Source: Bacteroidales bacterium UBA6680 (GTDB lineage: Bacteria; Bacteroidota; Bacteroidia; Bacteroidales; UBA6680). Taken from it: a DNA stretch of 64,000 bases. The notes beneath the pieces are model-generated. The model did not search any database and was not told where the DNA came from. It saw nothing but the letters and a program-made list of their open reading frames with translations. Positions 1 to 9,935 of the stretch are shown piece after piece; position 1 is the stretch's first letter; the number at the start of each line of letters is the position of its first letter. The translations under genes and the position numbers were made by a program. The DNA is taken from NCBI GenBank assembly GCA_002454955.1, contig DKJY01000166.1, forward strand, positions 427 through 64,426, written 5' to 3'.

Positions 1-2160
1 AATGGAGAGTCAGAGGCAAGCTTTACCCTAGATAAGAGACCCGATATAAAAGCAACTACAAACGGGACTACAGTTATAGATAACTCCACAAATGCAAATG
101 TTTATACTGATGCAATTGCAGTTACTAACTGTACTTTCCCAAATTACTCTTTTACTTATGTAAAGGGTAAGTATACAGTTACCAAAGCGAAACTAAATGT
201 TAAAATAAATGATAAAGAGAAAGTATATGGTGCAGTAAACCCAACATTTGAATTTACATATACAGGATTTAAGCATTCTGAAGACGAAACTAATATTGAT
301 GTAAAACCCATTGCGACTACAACAGCAATTACCTCTAGTCCGGTTAACACTTATCCTATTACATTTCAGAGTGGTGGATCGGATGTAAATTATGATCTTA
401 TACAATCAGGGAATGGTACCCTGACTGTAAAAAAAGCTGTACTTAAATCAACTCCCGATAATAAAAACAGGAAATATGGAGAGAAAGATCCTGAGTTTAC
501 AGTTATGTATACCGGTTTTATAACAGGAGAGAATAAAAGTGTGATTGCAGCAGAACCTGTAGCATATACTGTAGCAAAGTTAGATTCGGATGTGGGTGAT
601 TACGATATACTATTGGTTGGTGGAGATGATGAGAATTATACCTTTGATTTGAAGAAGGGTGTTTTAACTATAGATAAAGCAAAGTTAAAAGCTAATGCAG
701 ATAATAAGGAGAGAGAATATGGTGAGAATAACCCTGCATTTACTATTACCTATACAGGATTTAAGAACGGAGAGACTATTTCTGATTTTCTTGTTGCTAA
801 TCATCCTGTATTAACTCCAAACTTACCTAATACTAAAGCTGTAGGAAGTTATCAGATTAAATCTAGTGGAGGAAACTTTATTAATTATGATGTAGATCAT
901 ATAGAAGGATTTTTAACAATAACAAAGGCTCCTCTTATAGCTAAAGCAAAAGATATTTCTAGAGAGTATGGAAATGCAAATCCAATATCGTTTGATATTG
1001 AATATAGTGGATTTAAATTAACCGATGATAAAACAGATTTGGATACACCACCTGTAGGATCTGTGACAGCAGATATTAACTCAAATGTAGGATTATATAA
1101 TGTTACTCTTACAGCAGGGACAGATAATAATTATGATATAGAGGTAGATAATACAGGTATAATGGAGATTACCAAGACTATACTAACAGTTACCCCAATT
1201 AATGCAACAAGAGAGTATGGAGATGGTAATCCTGCATTTACAAGTGATATTGTAGGATTCAGAAATTCACAGAACAGAAGCGTTCTTACAAAAGAACCAT
1301 TTGTATATAGTGAAGCAACAGCTGCAACTGATATAGGGACTCATGATATACTAGCTATTGGTGGAGAAGCAGATAATTACACGTTTAAACACAATAAAGG
1401 AGTATTAACAATTACCGAAGCAGAATTAGTAATAAAGGTTGGCAATATAACGAGACAGTACGGTGATCCAAATCCTGATTTTAAAATTACATATAGTGGA
1501 TTCAAGAATGGCGAAACTATAGCGGATTTTCCAGAGATACAACATCCAAAATTGGAAACAGTTGCAGATGAAGCATCAGGAGTTAAGCCTTATCCCGTTA
1601 TACCTTCTGGTGCAACCTTTAATAATTATAATGAGAAATATATGAACGGAACCTTAAATGTAACTAAAGCTCAATTGATTGCAACTGTAAAGAATGTGTC
1701 TAGAACTTATGGTGAAATTAATCCTGATTTTGAAATTATCTATACCGGATTTAAGAATGATGATAGTGTTGATGATTTGGATAGTAAACCAATACCACAA
1801 ACAGATGCAAATTCAGGAAGTAACATTGGTGATTACACAATTGAATTGCTATCTGGACTAGATAATAATTATGATATAATAGAACAAGAAGGTAAGTTGA
1901 TAATTAATAGAGCTCAACTTACTCTTACAGCAGGAGATAAGGGTATGAACTATGGCGAGGAAATACCTTTGTTATCATATACAATATCAGGATTTGTTAA
2001 TGGTGATAATTCATCTGTTTTTATAGCTCAACCAACCATTACAACTAATGCAACAAGTAGGAGTAAGGTCGGAGAATATGATATTACAGTTGGTAATGCA
2101 AGTGCCGAGAATTATAACATTATTACAGTTAATGGTACTCTTACAATACATAAATCACCG
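1..2160 (+). repeat. Tandem coding repeats of about 240 nt (MBG-like domain units), diverged at the DNA level
   Basis: The (R/K)xYG(E/D)xNPxF and TYTGFKNGE peptide motifs recur roughly every 80 aa: one partial and eight full units before the Ig-like domain. Confidence 0.7.
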
Positions 2161-2664
2161 CAAACAATATCATTTAATTCGTTTGAGCAGGCACAACTGT
2201 CAGATGGTTATGTTAGTATTGACGCAAAAAGTACATCCGGATTACCTCTTACATTCACAAGTTCAAACCAATCTGTAGCGCGTATACAGAATCATGCTGT
2301 AGCATTGTATAACGTAGGTGTTACAACTATTACAGCTATACAGAATGGAAACGAAAATTATGAAAAAGCAGTGTCTGTATCGCAACAGTTAGTTGTAGTA
2401 GGATCTGCAACAGATGTTGAGGAACAAACTTTAAAAACAATTGTATTCTGGCCAAATCCGGTAAATGATATGATTAATATAAGATTTCCTGAAAATTCTG
2501 AGAGAGTTATGATATATGATTCAAGAGGAATATCACTTATAAGTGAAGATATATCTAATGATGAGATTTCGATGAATATGTCTGGGTATAGGAATGGAAT
2601 ATACTTTATAAGGGTTTTTGTAGATGAAAAGTGGGTGAGTGCTAAATTTATTATTAGAAGATAG
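1..2664 (+). CDS. Large secreted repeat protein, 5-prime partial: at least 8 tandem MBG-type (YG motif) repeats, one Ig-like (Big_2-like) domain and a T9SS C-terminal sorting domain
   Basis: Frame 1 has no stop from base 1 up to the listed ORF at 505, so the gene enters from the left edge. About 80-aa units repeat the pattern KAxL...RxYGxxNPxF..YxGF...VGxYxI...NY...GxLTI. The C-terminus VFWPNPVNDMINIRF...GIYFIRV is a typical T9SS CTD. Confidence 0.8.
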   Translation, partial: NGESEASFTLDKRPDIKATTNGTTVIDNSTNANVYTDAIAVTNCTFPNYSFTYVKGKYTVTKAKLNVKINDKEKVYGAVNPTFEFTYTGFKHSEDETNIDVKPIATTTAITSSPVNTYPITFQSGGSDVNYDLIQSGNGTLTVKKAVLKSTPDNKNRKYGEKDPEFTVMYTGFITGENKSVIAAEPVAYTVAKLDSDVGDYDILLVGGDDENYTFDLKKGVLTIDKAKLKANADNKEREYGENNPAFTITYTGFKNGETISDFLVANHPVLTPNLPNTKAVGSYQIKSSGGNFINYDVDHIEGFLTITKAPLIAKAKDISREYGNANPISFDIEYSGFKLTDDKTDLDTPPVGSVTADINSNVGLYNVTLTAGTDNNYDIEVDNTGIMEITKTILTVTPINATREYGDGNPAFTSDIVGFRNSQNRSVLTKEPFVYSEATAATDIGTHDILAIGGEADNYTFKHNKGVLTITEAELVIKVGNITRQYGDPNPDFKITYSGFKNGETIADFPEIQHPKLETVADEASGVKPYPVIPSGATFNNYNEKYMNGTLNVTKAQLIATVKNVSRTYGEINPDFEIIYTGFKNDDSVDDLDSKPIPQTDANSGSNIGDYTIELLSGLDNNYDIIEQEGKLIINRAQLTLTAGDKGMNYGEEIPLLSYTISGFVNGDNSSVFIAQPTITTNATSRSKVGEYDITVGNASAENYNIITVNGTLTIHKSPQTISFNSFEQAQLSDGYVSIDAKSTSGLPLTFTSSNQSVARIQNHAVALYNVGVTTITAIQNGNENYEKAVSVSQQLVVVGSATDVEEQTLKTIVFWPNPVNDMINIRFPENSERVMIYDSRGISLISEDISNDEISMNMSGYRNGIYFIRVFVDEKWVSAKFIIRR

Positions 2665-2673
2665 AGAAAAACT

Positions 2674-2708
2674 AAAAATGTGCCGAAGCAATTTCGACAC
2701 ATTTTTTT
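2674..2708. terminator. Bidirectional intrinsic terminator between convergent genes
   Basis: aaaaatgtgccgaagcaatttcgacacattttttt: a near-perfect hairpin flanked by an A-run on one side and a T-run on the other. Confidence 0.6.
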
Positions 2709-2733
2709 ATTATATAAATTGTTTTAATAACTT

Positions 2734-4899
2734 TTATTTTACAATAGTCATTTCTTCTATTAGATTCTTTGCACCTGCATATTTCTCAATAATAAACAGA
2801 GTATATCTAACATCAAGATTAATACAACGCTGAAGATTTTCCTCAAAATCAATATCACCAGACATAGCCTCTGAATTTCCATCAAATGCTGTACCAATAA
2901 GTTCACCGTTAGCATTTATTACTGGCGAACCTGAGTTTCCACCTGTGATATCATTGTTAGAGATAAAACAAGCATTAAGCACACCATTATCATCTGCATA
3001 TTGTCCATAATCCTTTTTAGCATGTAGTTCTTTTAATCTTTCAGGAACCTGGAAATCATGATTATTTGGATCATCCTTCTCAATAACACCATCTAGTGTA
3101 GTATAGTAGTTGTAATATACAGCATCTTTAGGGCTATATCCATTAATATCCCCATATGTAAGTCTTATTGTTGAATTAGCATCAGGATACATAGCCTTAT
3201 CTTTGTTCATCTCAAGAAGAGCTTTTGTATATAAACGCATCCCTTTCTCAATCTTATCAATGTCAACGTACTTTTTAGCTACCTCCATATAGAAAGAGTA
3301 TATTGATTCGCCTGTTTTATAAGCAAGATCATTTTCAATAACCTCTTTTGTAGGGTTCTTAATAAAGTTATTAAATCTTGTTTGATCAGCAAAAACAGAT
3401 GTTCTGTATAACTCGTTTACAAATAGATTAATATCTCCATTATATTTAGTATCGATAACATTAAATATTGACGGTTTTTCATTATTATTCTCGCTGTAAA
3501 GCTTAAACAGAGCACTCATCATATTTTTATCTGTAGTAAGATCATAATCTTTGTAGAACTTATCAGCAGCAGCCTTTAGTTTTTTGGCCATAGCTTTAAC
3601 TTCTTCCTTCTTTACCTTCTTTTCAGAAAGCAACTCTAATAATCTTTTAGCAGAAAGAGATTTTACAGGAACCTCAGCACCACTTAAAAGAGCTTCAGAT
3701 ACGTAACTCATTGCTTTGTTAACATCTTTGTTTGCAGTATAGTAATCTTTAATAAGCTTTAGTGTTTCACCATACTCTTTTGCTCTTTTTGGATCGGTAT
3801 TAATCCATTTTGTAAGATCAGCCTCAATCTGCTCCTTATTACCCATTGTATTTAGTTGTTTAAGAGCTTTGTTCTGAACATATGAATATTTCCAATAGTT
3901 TGAGCTACCTGCATACTTTGAAGCATATTTAATTCTGACAGCTTCATCTTTGTTCATTTGCTCACGCATCTCATTAAGCTTAACAGTACGAATCTCGTAA
4001 CGTAGCTTGTTTGTGATATCCATTGTCTTTTTAAGACCAGCTGATGATAGGAATCTGTTTGTTGTTCCAGGGAATCCCATTACCATAGCAAAATCACCCT
4101 CTTTAACACCTTTGATAGATATTGGCAGATGATGTTTAGGTTTTAAAGGAACATTGTCTTTAGAGTATTCGGCAGGAGATCCATCTGGAGCAGTATAGAT
4201 GCGGAAAAGAGAGAAATCTGCAGTATGTCTTGGCCACATCCAGTTGTCTGTATCTCCACCAAATTTACCCATTGCTGATGGAGGAGCACCAACAAGACGA
4301 ACATCTTTATATATTACATAAACAAAAAGAAAAAACTGATTACCATTAAACATTGATTTTACATTTGCCTTATAGTGTGTTCCTCTTTCGACCTTTGCTT
4401 CAATCTTCTTAGCAATCTTTCTGATTTTAGCTTCACGCTTCTCTTCAGAAAGCTTTGAAGATAGTTTAGATGTGATCTGCTTTGTAACATCTTCCATTCT
4501 TACAAGAATAGAAGCTGTAATGCCAGGATTTGGTAACTCCTGATCCATGCTATATGCCCAAAAACCATCTTTTAAGTAGTTATGATCAACAGAAGAGTGT
4601 TTCTGAATCTGACCGTAACCACAGTGGTGATTTGTTAAGAACAATCCTTTAGAAGAAATAATCTCTCCACTACAGAAGTGACGAAAAGGTCTTCCCTGAC
4701 TTCCCATACCAACAATAGCGTCTTTAAGAGAATTCTTGTTTACAGAGTAAACATCCTCTGCTGAAAGTTTAAAACCTTTACTTTTCATCTGCTCAATATT
4801 TTTACCCTTAAGCATTGAAAGTAGCCACATTCCTTCGTCGGCTCTTGTTGCCTGAATTGTAAATAACAGACACAAGCTAATAAATACTAATTTTCTCAT
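2734..4899 (-). CDS. S46 family dipeptidyl-peptidase (DPP7/DPP11-like), secreted
   Basis: Signal peptide followed by the hallmark ADEGMWLL. Length is 721 aa, with a chymotrypsin-fold HHCG and a C-terminal GGNSGSPV serine motif. Confidence 0.9.
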   Translation of the reverse strand: MRKLVFISLCLLFTIQATRADEGMWLLSMLKGKNIEQMKSKGFKLSAEDVYSVNKNSLKDAIVGMGSQGRPFRHFCSGEIISSKGLFLTNHHCGYGQIQKHSSVDHNYLKDGFWAYSMDQELPNPGITASILVRMEDVTKQITSKLSSKLSEEKREAKIRKIAKKIEAKVERGTHYKANVKSMFNGNQFFLFVYVIYKDVRLVGAPPSAMGKFGGDTDNWMWPRHTADFSLFRIYTAPDGSPAEYSKDNVPLKPKHHLPISIKGVKEGDFAMVMGFPGTTNRFLSSAGLKKTMDITNKLRYEIRTVKLNEMREQMNKDEAVRIKYASKYAGSSNYWKYSYVQNKALKQLNTMGNKEQIEADLTKWINTDPKRAKEYGETLKLIKDYYTANKDVNKAMSYVSEALLSGAEVPVKSLSAKRLLELLSEKKVKKEEVKAMAKKLKAAADKFYKDYDLTTDKNMMSALFKLYSENNNEKPSIFNVIDTKYNGDINLFVNELYRTSVFADQTRFNNFIKNPTKEVIENDLAYKTGESIYSFYMEVAKKYVDIDKIEKGMRLYTKALLEMNKDKAMYPDANSTIRLTYGDINGYSPKDAVYYNYYTTLDGVIEKDDPNNHDFQVPERLKELHAKKDYGQYADDNGVLNACFISNNDITGGNSGSPVINANGELIGTAFDGNSEAMSGDIDFEENLQRCINLDVRYTLFIIEKYAGAKNLIEEMTIVK

Positions 4900-4944
4900 T
4901 CTCTACGTTTTTATATGTTTATCTAAAAATATTCAAAACAGTTG

Positions 4945-5547
4945 TCAGAAATCTAGTTTTAACTGATCATTAGTTAACCTGAAACTTCTTCTATGATGAG
5001 GCGTTATTCCATACTTCTCAATTGCAATTCTATGCTCTTTAGTAGGATAAGCCTTATTCTTTTTCCAGTTATACTCCGGAAACTCATCATGCAGGTTTAT
5101 TATATATTCGTCTCTAAACTCTTTTGCTAATATTGAAGCAGCAGCAATAGACAAATACTTACCATCTCCTTTAACAACAGTTGTGTAATTAATGTTCTTA
5201 TATGGTAAAAACTTATTACCATCAACAATAATATGTTTGAACTCTGTATTGAGCTTATCCAGAGATAGGTGCATTGCCATTATTGAGGCTTTAAGAATAT
5301 TTACTTTATCTATTGTTGCTGCATCTACTGAAGCAACAGACCATGCAAGCGAATACTTTTTTATATCATCAACTAAAGCCATTCGTTTACTATGACTCAG
5401 TTTTTTAGAATCGTTTAAAAGAGGATGTGAAAAATCTAAAGGAAGAATCACTGCGGCAGCAAAAACCGGACCTGCAAGACACCCTCGTCCAGCTTCATCG
5501 CAACCTGCTTCAATTACACCTGATAAATTTGGTAATAAAGAGTTCAT
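4945..5547 (-). CDS. rnhB: Ribonuclease HII
   Basis: GCDEAGRGCLAGPV catalytic motif, 200 aa. Confidence 0.9.
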   Translation of the reverse strand: MNSLLPNLSGVIEAGCDEAGRGCLAGPVFAAAVILPLDFSHPLLNDSKKLSHSKRMALVDDIKKYSLAWSVASVDAATIDKVNILKASIMAMHLSLDKLNTEFKHIIVDGNKFLPYKNINYTTVVKGDGKYLSIAAASILAKEFRDEYIINLHDEFPEYNWKKNKAYPTKEHRIAIEKYGITPHHRRSFRLTNDQLKLDF

Positions 5548-5920
5548 ATTAGTTTAATAAAAAGTTTGCCCAAGGTAATACAATTAACAGATAAATTAAT
5601 CTTAACAAAATGTATACTTATCAAATATGATTATATAATAGTATTGATCAGAAATAAGTTAACAGATTTAACCAAATGAGTAGTTAATTTTGTAAGATAA
5701 TTATAATAATATAGTTAGTTTTTAATATGTTTACATCGTGTTGTTTTGAAAACGCAAACACTTTTGCTAAATTTAACACAGTTGTTTTTGCAGGACATAT
5801 TTTCAAAACAATTTTAAAGAATATTATTTGAAAATTAAAAATATGAAACAAATCTAAATTATTTTCATATATAAAGAGAATGATTAAGTTTTGTGGTTTT
5901 ATATTACAAATCATATACAT

Positions 5921-6430
5921 ATGAATCTTTCTATCAAAGAGACCTTAGATACGCCGTTTGTTTCGTTTATGGATGGCAAATTTATTATTGAGGGCAGGAG
6001 TATTACAGAGGATGTTTTTTCGTTCTATGGTCCAATTGAGGAATGGGTTATAAATTATTGCAAGAATCCTTTGTCTGAGACGGTAATAGAGTTCTTTATT
6101 GAGTACTCAAACAGTTGCTCAAATAAGTTTATTCATGATATATTATCAATATTTGATAAGGCGTATAAGTTAGGGCATAAGTTTAGAATTGTATGGAAAT
6201 ATGAGGTTGATGACGACTCTTTGTTTCAACTTGGGAAAGATATATGTTCTCTATATTCTATTCCTTATTCGCTTTTAGAAGTTGAAGAGGTTAAACGTTG
6301 TAAGAATACAAAAGTCACGATTAAACATTGCGAAACAGGTGTTGAGAGAACTATATCATTACATTTTTGGGAAACAATAAAACGTAATGGATATGAGGAC
6401 GATTATGATGTTCTGGAGAAAATGAATTAG
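5921..6430 (+). CDS. DUF1987 / SiaC-like regulatory protein
   Basis: N-terminus TLDTPFVSFMDGKFIIEGRSITEDVFSFYGPIEEWV resembles the DUF1987 (SiaC) family pattern. The start is placed at the ATG of MNLSIKE inside the listed ORF 5891..6430. Confidence 0.5.
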   Translation: MNLSIKETLDTPFVSFMDGKFIIEGRSITEDVFSFYGPIEEWVINYCKNPLSETVIEFFIEYSNSCSNKFIHDILSIFDKAYKLGHKFRIVWKYEVDDDSLFQLGKDICSLYSIPYSLLEVEEVKRCKNTKVTIKHCETGVERTISLHFWETIKRNGYEDDYDVLEKMN

Positions 6431-6486
6431 AATATTTATTTTAACAGGATATTAAAAAAATATATTTATCTAACATATAGATTATA

Positions 6487-7683
6487 ATGAAAAGAACAGC
6501 TATTTTTTGTGGAATTGCACTTTTATGCAGTTCTGTTTTTGCACAGGCAAAGAATCCTTATAAAGAGTTTGGATTTAAAGATAAGGTAAATATCAAAACA
6601 ACACCAGTTAAGGATCAAGAGCGTACAGGTACATGCTGGAGTTTTGCGGCAACCTCATTTATTGAAACAGAGCTATTAAGAATGGGATATGGTCAAGTTG
6701 ACTTATCTGAGATGTATTTTGTTCGTCATGCATATGAGCACAAAGGCTTAAGATATTTCCGTTTCCACGGGAAAGTTAACTTTGGAGAGGGAGGTCAGGC
6801 TCATGATGTAATTAATGTAATTAAAGAGTTTGGTATGGTACCAGAGAAAACATACAGAGCCCTTAATTATGGAACAGATAGTCATATTCATGCAGAGATG
6901 GCTGCCTCATTAAAAGGTATTCTTGATGCTGTAATTAAGAATAAGAATAGAAAGGTTACACCTGTATGGTTTGCTTCATATAAAGCAATGCTTGATACTT
7001 ATCTGGGTAAAGAGCCTACTAAAGTTGAGATAGACGGGAAAAGCTATTCTTCGGTAAAGGAGTTTTCTGCATCAACAAAATTTAATCCGGATGACTATAT
7101 AGAGATAACATCATATAGCCACCATCCATATTATTCAAAGGTAGTTCTTGAGATACCAGATAACTGGTCGCATGATCTTTATTATAACTTACCTCTAGAT
7201 GATATGATGGAGGTAATGGATTATGCGTTGGCAAATGGATACTCTGTATGTTGGGACGGAGATGTTAGCGAGAAGGGGTTTTCACACAGAAATGGATTAA
7301 TGATAAATCCTGAAATGAAGATTGCTGAAATTAGTGGTAGTGAACGTTTAAAGTGGGAGAAAATGAGTGCAGATGAGAGAAAAAAGCAGATGTATAACTT
7401 CACAGAACCAGTGCCAGAAGTTAAGGTTGACCAGAATAGTCGTCAAGTAGCATATAACAACTATAAGGCAACTGACGATCATTTAATGCATGCTGTAGGA
7501 TTGGCAAAGGATAAAAACGGAACAAAATATTATCTTATTAAAAATTCATGGAATTCAGATAGTAATGGTATGGGAGGATACCTTTATATGAGTGAATCAT
7601 ATGCAAGAATGAATACAGTTGCATTTATGATTCATAAAGATGCGCTACCAAAGAAAATTGCCAAGAAACTGGGTATAAAATAG
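6487..7683 (+). CDS. C1 family cysteine peptidase (aminopeptidase C / bleomycin hydrolase-like) with signal peptide
   Basis: QERTGTCWSFAATSF active-site Cys motif, a C-terminal KNSWN motif and an N-terminal signal peptide. Confidence 0.8.
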   Translation: MKRTAIFCGIALLCSSVFAQAKNPYKEFGFKDKVNIKTTPVKDQERTGTCWSFAATSFIETELLRMGYGQVDLSEMYFVRHAYEHKGLRYFRFHGKVNFGEGGQAHDVINVIKEFGMVPEKTYRALNYGTDSHIHAEMAASLKGILDAVIKNKNRKVTPVWFASYKAMLDTYLGKEPTKVEIDGKSYSSVKEFSASTKFNPDDYIEITSYSHHPYYSKVVLEIPDNWSHDLYYNLPLDDMMEVMDYALANGYSVCWDGDVSEKGFSHRNGLMINPEMKIAEISGSERLKWEKMSADERKKQMYNFTEPVPEVKVDQNSRQVAYNNYKATDDHLMHAVGLAKDKNGTKYYLIKNSWNSDSNGMGGYLYMSESYARMNTVAFMIHKDALPKKIAKKLGIK

Positions 7684-7707
7684 TACCTGATTTGATATAA
7701 AACTTAA

Positions 7708-7736
7708 GAGAGGTCTTTACTAGATCTCTCTTTTTT
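7708..7736 (+). terminator. Intrinsic terminator after the C1 peptidase gene
   Basis: gagaggtct-tttac-agatctctc stem (one G-U pair) followed by tttttt. Confidence 0.6.
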
Positions 7737-8049
7737 CATAATCCTATACCAGACTTCTTTTGATCATATTTACCTTAAGTTAAAAATGATAATCTAGGCA
7801 CATCAAAATGTTCCGATAAAAGATAATCTATAATATTCATTTCAGTTTGCTAGAATTACAACTCATACATTGTTTGTGTCACTTGATGTTTAAGTAGCAG
7901 ATGACAGATGGCATTTTATATAAATTTGCCTACAGGTAGAGAGTGTTACAAAACTTTAGATTATTAGTAATAAGGAGTTATAAATGGTTATTCCTAATAG
8001 ATATAATCAGAGTATCTGTACAAATATTTGTTTGTAATCATCAGGTGGT

Positions 8050-8958
8050 ATGTATGTATTAAGTAGAATTATTCGTTTCTCTAAATATATTATAATTGGA
8101 GTAACTACAGTTATAGTTACACTTATTATATTATCAATTTTGTTTTTTGGTGGTTTTGGTGATTACGACAAGAATGAATCATTAAAATCTATAGTATTTG
8201 CACACAGGGGACTTAGCGAATATTATGCAGAGAATAGTTCAGAAGGATTTGATGCGTTAGACAGTATAGGTATTGGAGCTATTGAAATTGATATTGAACA
8301 GACAGGAGATAATCATTTGGTTATTTTTCATGATTCAAACTGTGAAAGACTATTGGGTGTTGATACATCTGTACGAGATGTAAATCTGAAATTCATAAAA
8401 GATAGAGATATTATATATGATAATAATCACACTGGTAATAAGGTGTTAACACTTGACGAATTTTTTAGAAATTATGGAACTAAAAGAACAATATATCTTG
8501 ATATTAAGGTTGCAAATAAGGATGTTGCTGATAGTTTAATTGTAATTTTTGAGAAATATAATTTGTATAATACTACTATTGTAGCTGATGCCAAATTAGA
8601 ATTTTTGTCATATATGAAACTTAAAGCCCCTAAGATAAGAACTGTATTAGAGGGGTTTGGATCAGGGAAAGAGTGGATATACTATATAATACCAAAGCGA
8701 ATTAAACCAGATTATTTCTCTGGATTCTTTTCAAATATTGACAGACAATTTGTGTCTTTTCTTAAGAAAAATAATCTGTTAAATAGATATATATCATACG
8801 ATGTTAAGAAATCAGATATAAAAAAAAGTCTTGAGTATGGACTTTTTAATTGTATTATTACATATCACTATGAGTATGGAAATGAGCATACATTGATGAA
8901 ATATCAGAATGCTATTAACAGAGAGAATAACAACAATGTTATTACCGTGAATATGTAA
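8050..8958 (+). CDS. Glycerophosphodiester phosphodiesterase family protein, membrane anchored
   Basis: An N-terminal TM helix, then AHRGLS..ENS..GF...IEIDIEQTGDNHLVIFHD, which matches the GDPD signature. Confidence 0.75.
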   Translation: MYVLSRIIRFSKYIIIGVTTVIVTLIILSILFFGGFGDYDKNESLKSIVFAHRGLSEYYAENSSEGFDALDSIGIGAIEIDIEQTGDNHLVIFHDSNCERLLGVDTSVRDVNLKFIKDRDIIYDNNHTGNKVLTLDEFFRNYGTKRTIYLDIKVANKDVADSLIVIFEKYNLYNTTIVADAKLEFLSYMKLKAPKIRTVLEGFGSGKEWIYYIIPKRIKPDYFSGFFSNIDRQFVSFLKKNNLLNRYISYDVKKSDIKKSLEYGLFNCIITYHYEYGNEHTLMKYQNAINRENNNNVITVNM

Positions 8959-8960
8959 CG

Positions 8961-9926
8961 TTAGTGTAAACAGAGTTTTAAGTCTGCTAAAGCAATAGCT
9001 GTTACAGCTTCTAATACAACAGGAACCCTTAGTGCTATGCATGCATCATGACGACCAATAAGTCTGAAAGATTCAATTTTATTACTCTCTTTATTAAAGG
9101 TTTTTTGTTCTGAAGATATACTAGATGTAGGTTTAACTGCAACACGAAAAACTATCTCATTACCATTGGTGATACCTCCATTAATACCTCCCGCATTATT
9201 TGTATCGGTTTTACCATCTTTCTTAATAATTAGATCGTTGTGTTGCAAACCTGTCATCGTTGCTGAGCTAAAACCACTACCAAACTCAATACCTTTTATT
9301 GCAGGAATTGAGAATACGGCATGTGATATTACAGATTCAACACTATTAAAAAATGGTTCACCTAAACCTATAGGTATATTTTGAACTCTACACTCAACAA
9401 TACCACCAATAGAGTTATTGTTCTCAATAGCCTTGCTAATCGCAGAGTCAAAATCTGTAGTTCCGCCTATCTCTTTAATCTCTGCTTCAATAGTAATATC
9501 ATTAATGATTTTTTTTGCAATAACACCTGCAATAACCAATCCTAAGGTTAATCTTCCTGAAAAATGCCCTCCTCCACGTGGGTCGTTATATCCTCTGTAT
9601 TTTTTTTCAGCCACAAAATCGGAGTGTCCGGGACGATAGGTAATATCCTTATAATCTTCAGATCTGGTGTTTGTATTTTCTATCATAAAGGTTATTGGTG
9701 CTCCGGTAGAGTAACTATTATATACCCCACTTAATATAACTGGTTTATCAGCCTCTATTCTTGGTGTTGTTCCTTTCGCTCCGCTTTTTCTACGGCTAAT
9801 ATCATTATTAAAACAGTCGTCTGTAATTGCTATACCAGGAGGACACCCGTCAATTGTAACGCCAACTGCCTTGCCGTGACTTTCTCCCCATATACTTACT
9901 CTTAAATTTGTTCCGAAACTATTCAT
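8961..9926 (-). CDS. aroC: Chorismate synthase (compact, 321 aa)
   Basis: FGTNLRVSIWGESHGKAVGVTIDGCPPG, RPGHSD, GRHDAC motifs. Confidence 0.9.
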   Translation of the reverse strand: MNSFGTNLRVSIWGESHGKAVGVTIDGCPPGIAITDDCFNNDISRRKSGAKGTTPRIEADKPVILSGVYNSYSTGAPITFMIENTNTRSEDYKDITYRPGHSDFVAEKKYRGYNDPRGGGHFSGRLTLGLVIAGVIAKKIINDITIEAEIKEIGGTTDFDSAISKAIENNNSIGGIVECRVQNIPIGLGEPFFNSVESVISHAVFSIPAIKGIEFGSGFSSATMTGLQHNDLIIKKDGKTDTNNAGGINGGITNGNEIVFRVAVKPTSSISSEQKTFNKESNKIESFRLIGRHDACIALRVPVVLEAVTAIALADLKLCLH

Positions 9927-9935
9927 ATCTGTTTG

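Noticed and set aside
5684..5920. 78-aa ORF in the AT-rich gap upstream of the DUF1987 gene.
   Set aside because: The Ile/Asn/Phe-rich translation is typical of random AT-rich sequence, and it overlaps the probable promoter of the divergent genes.
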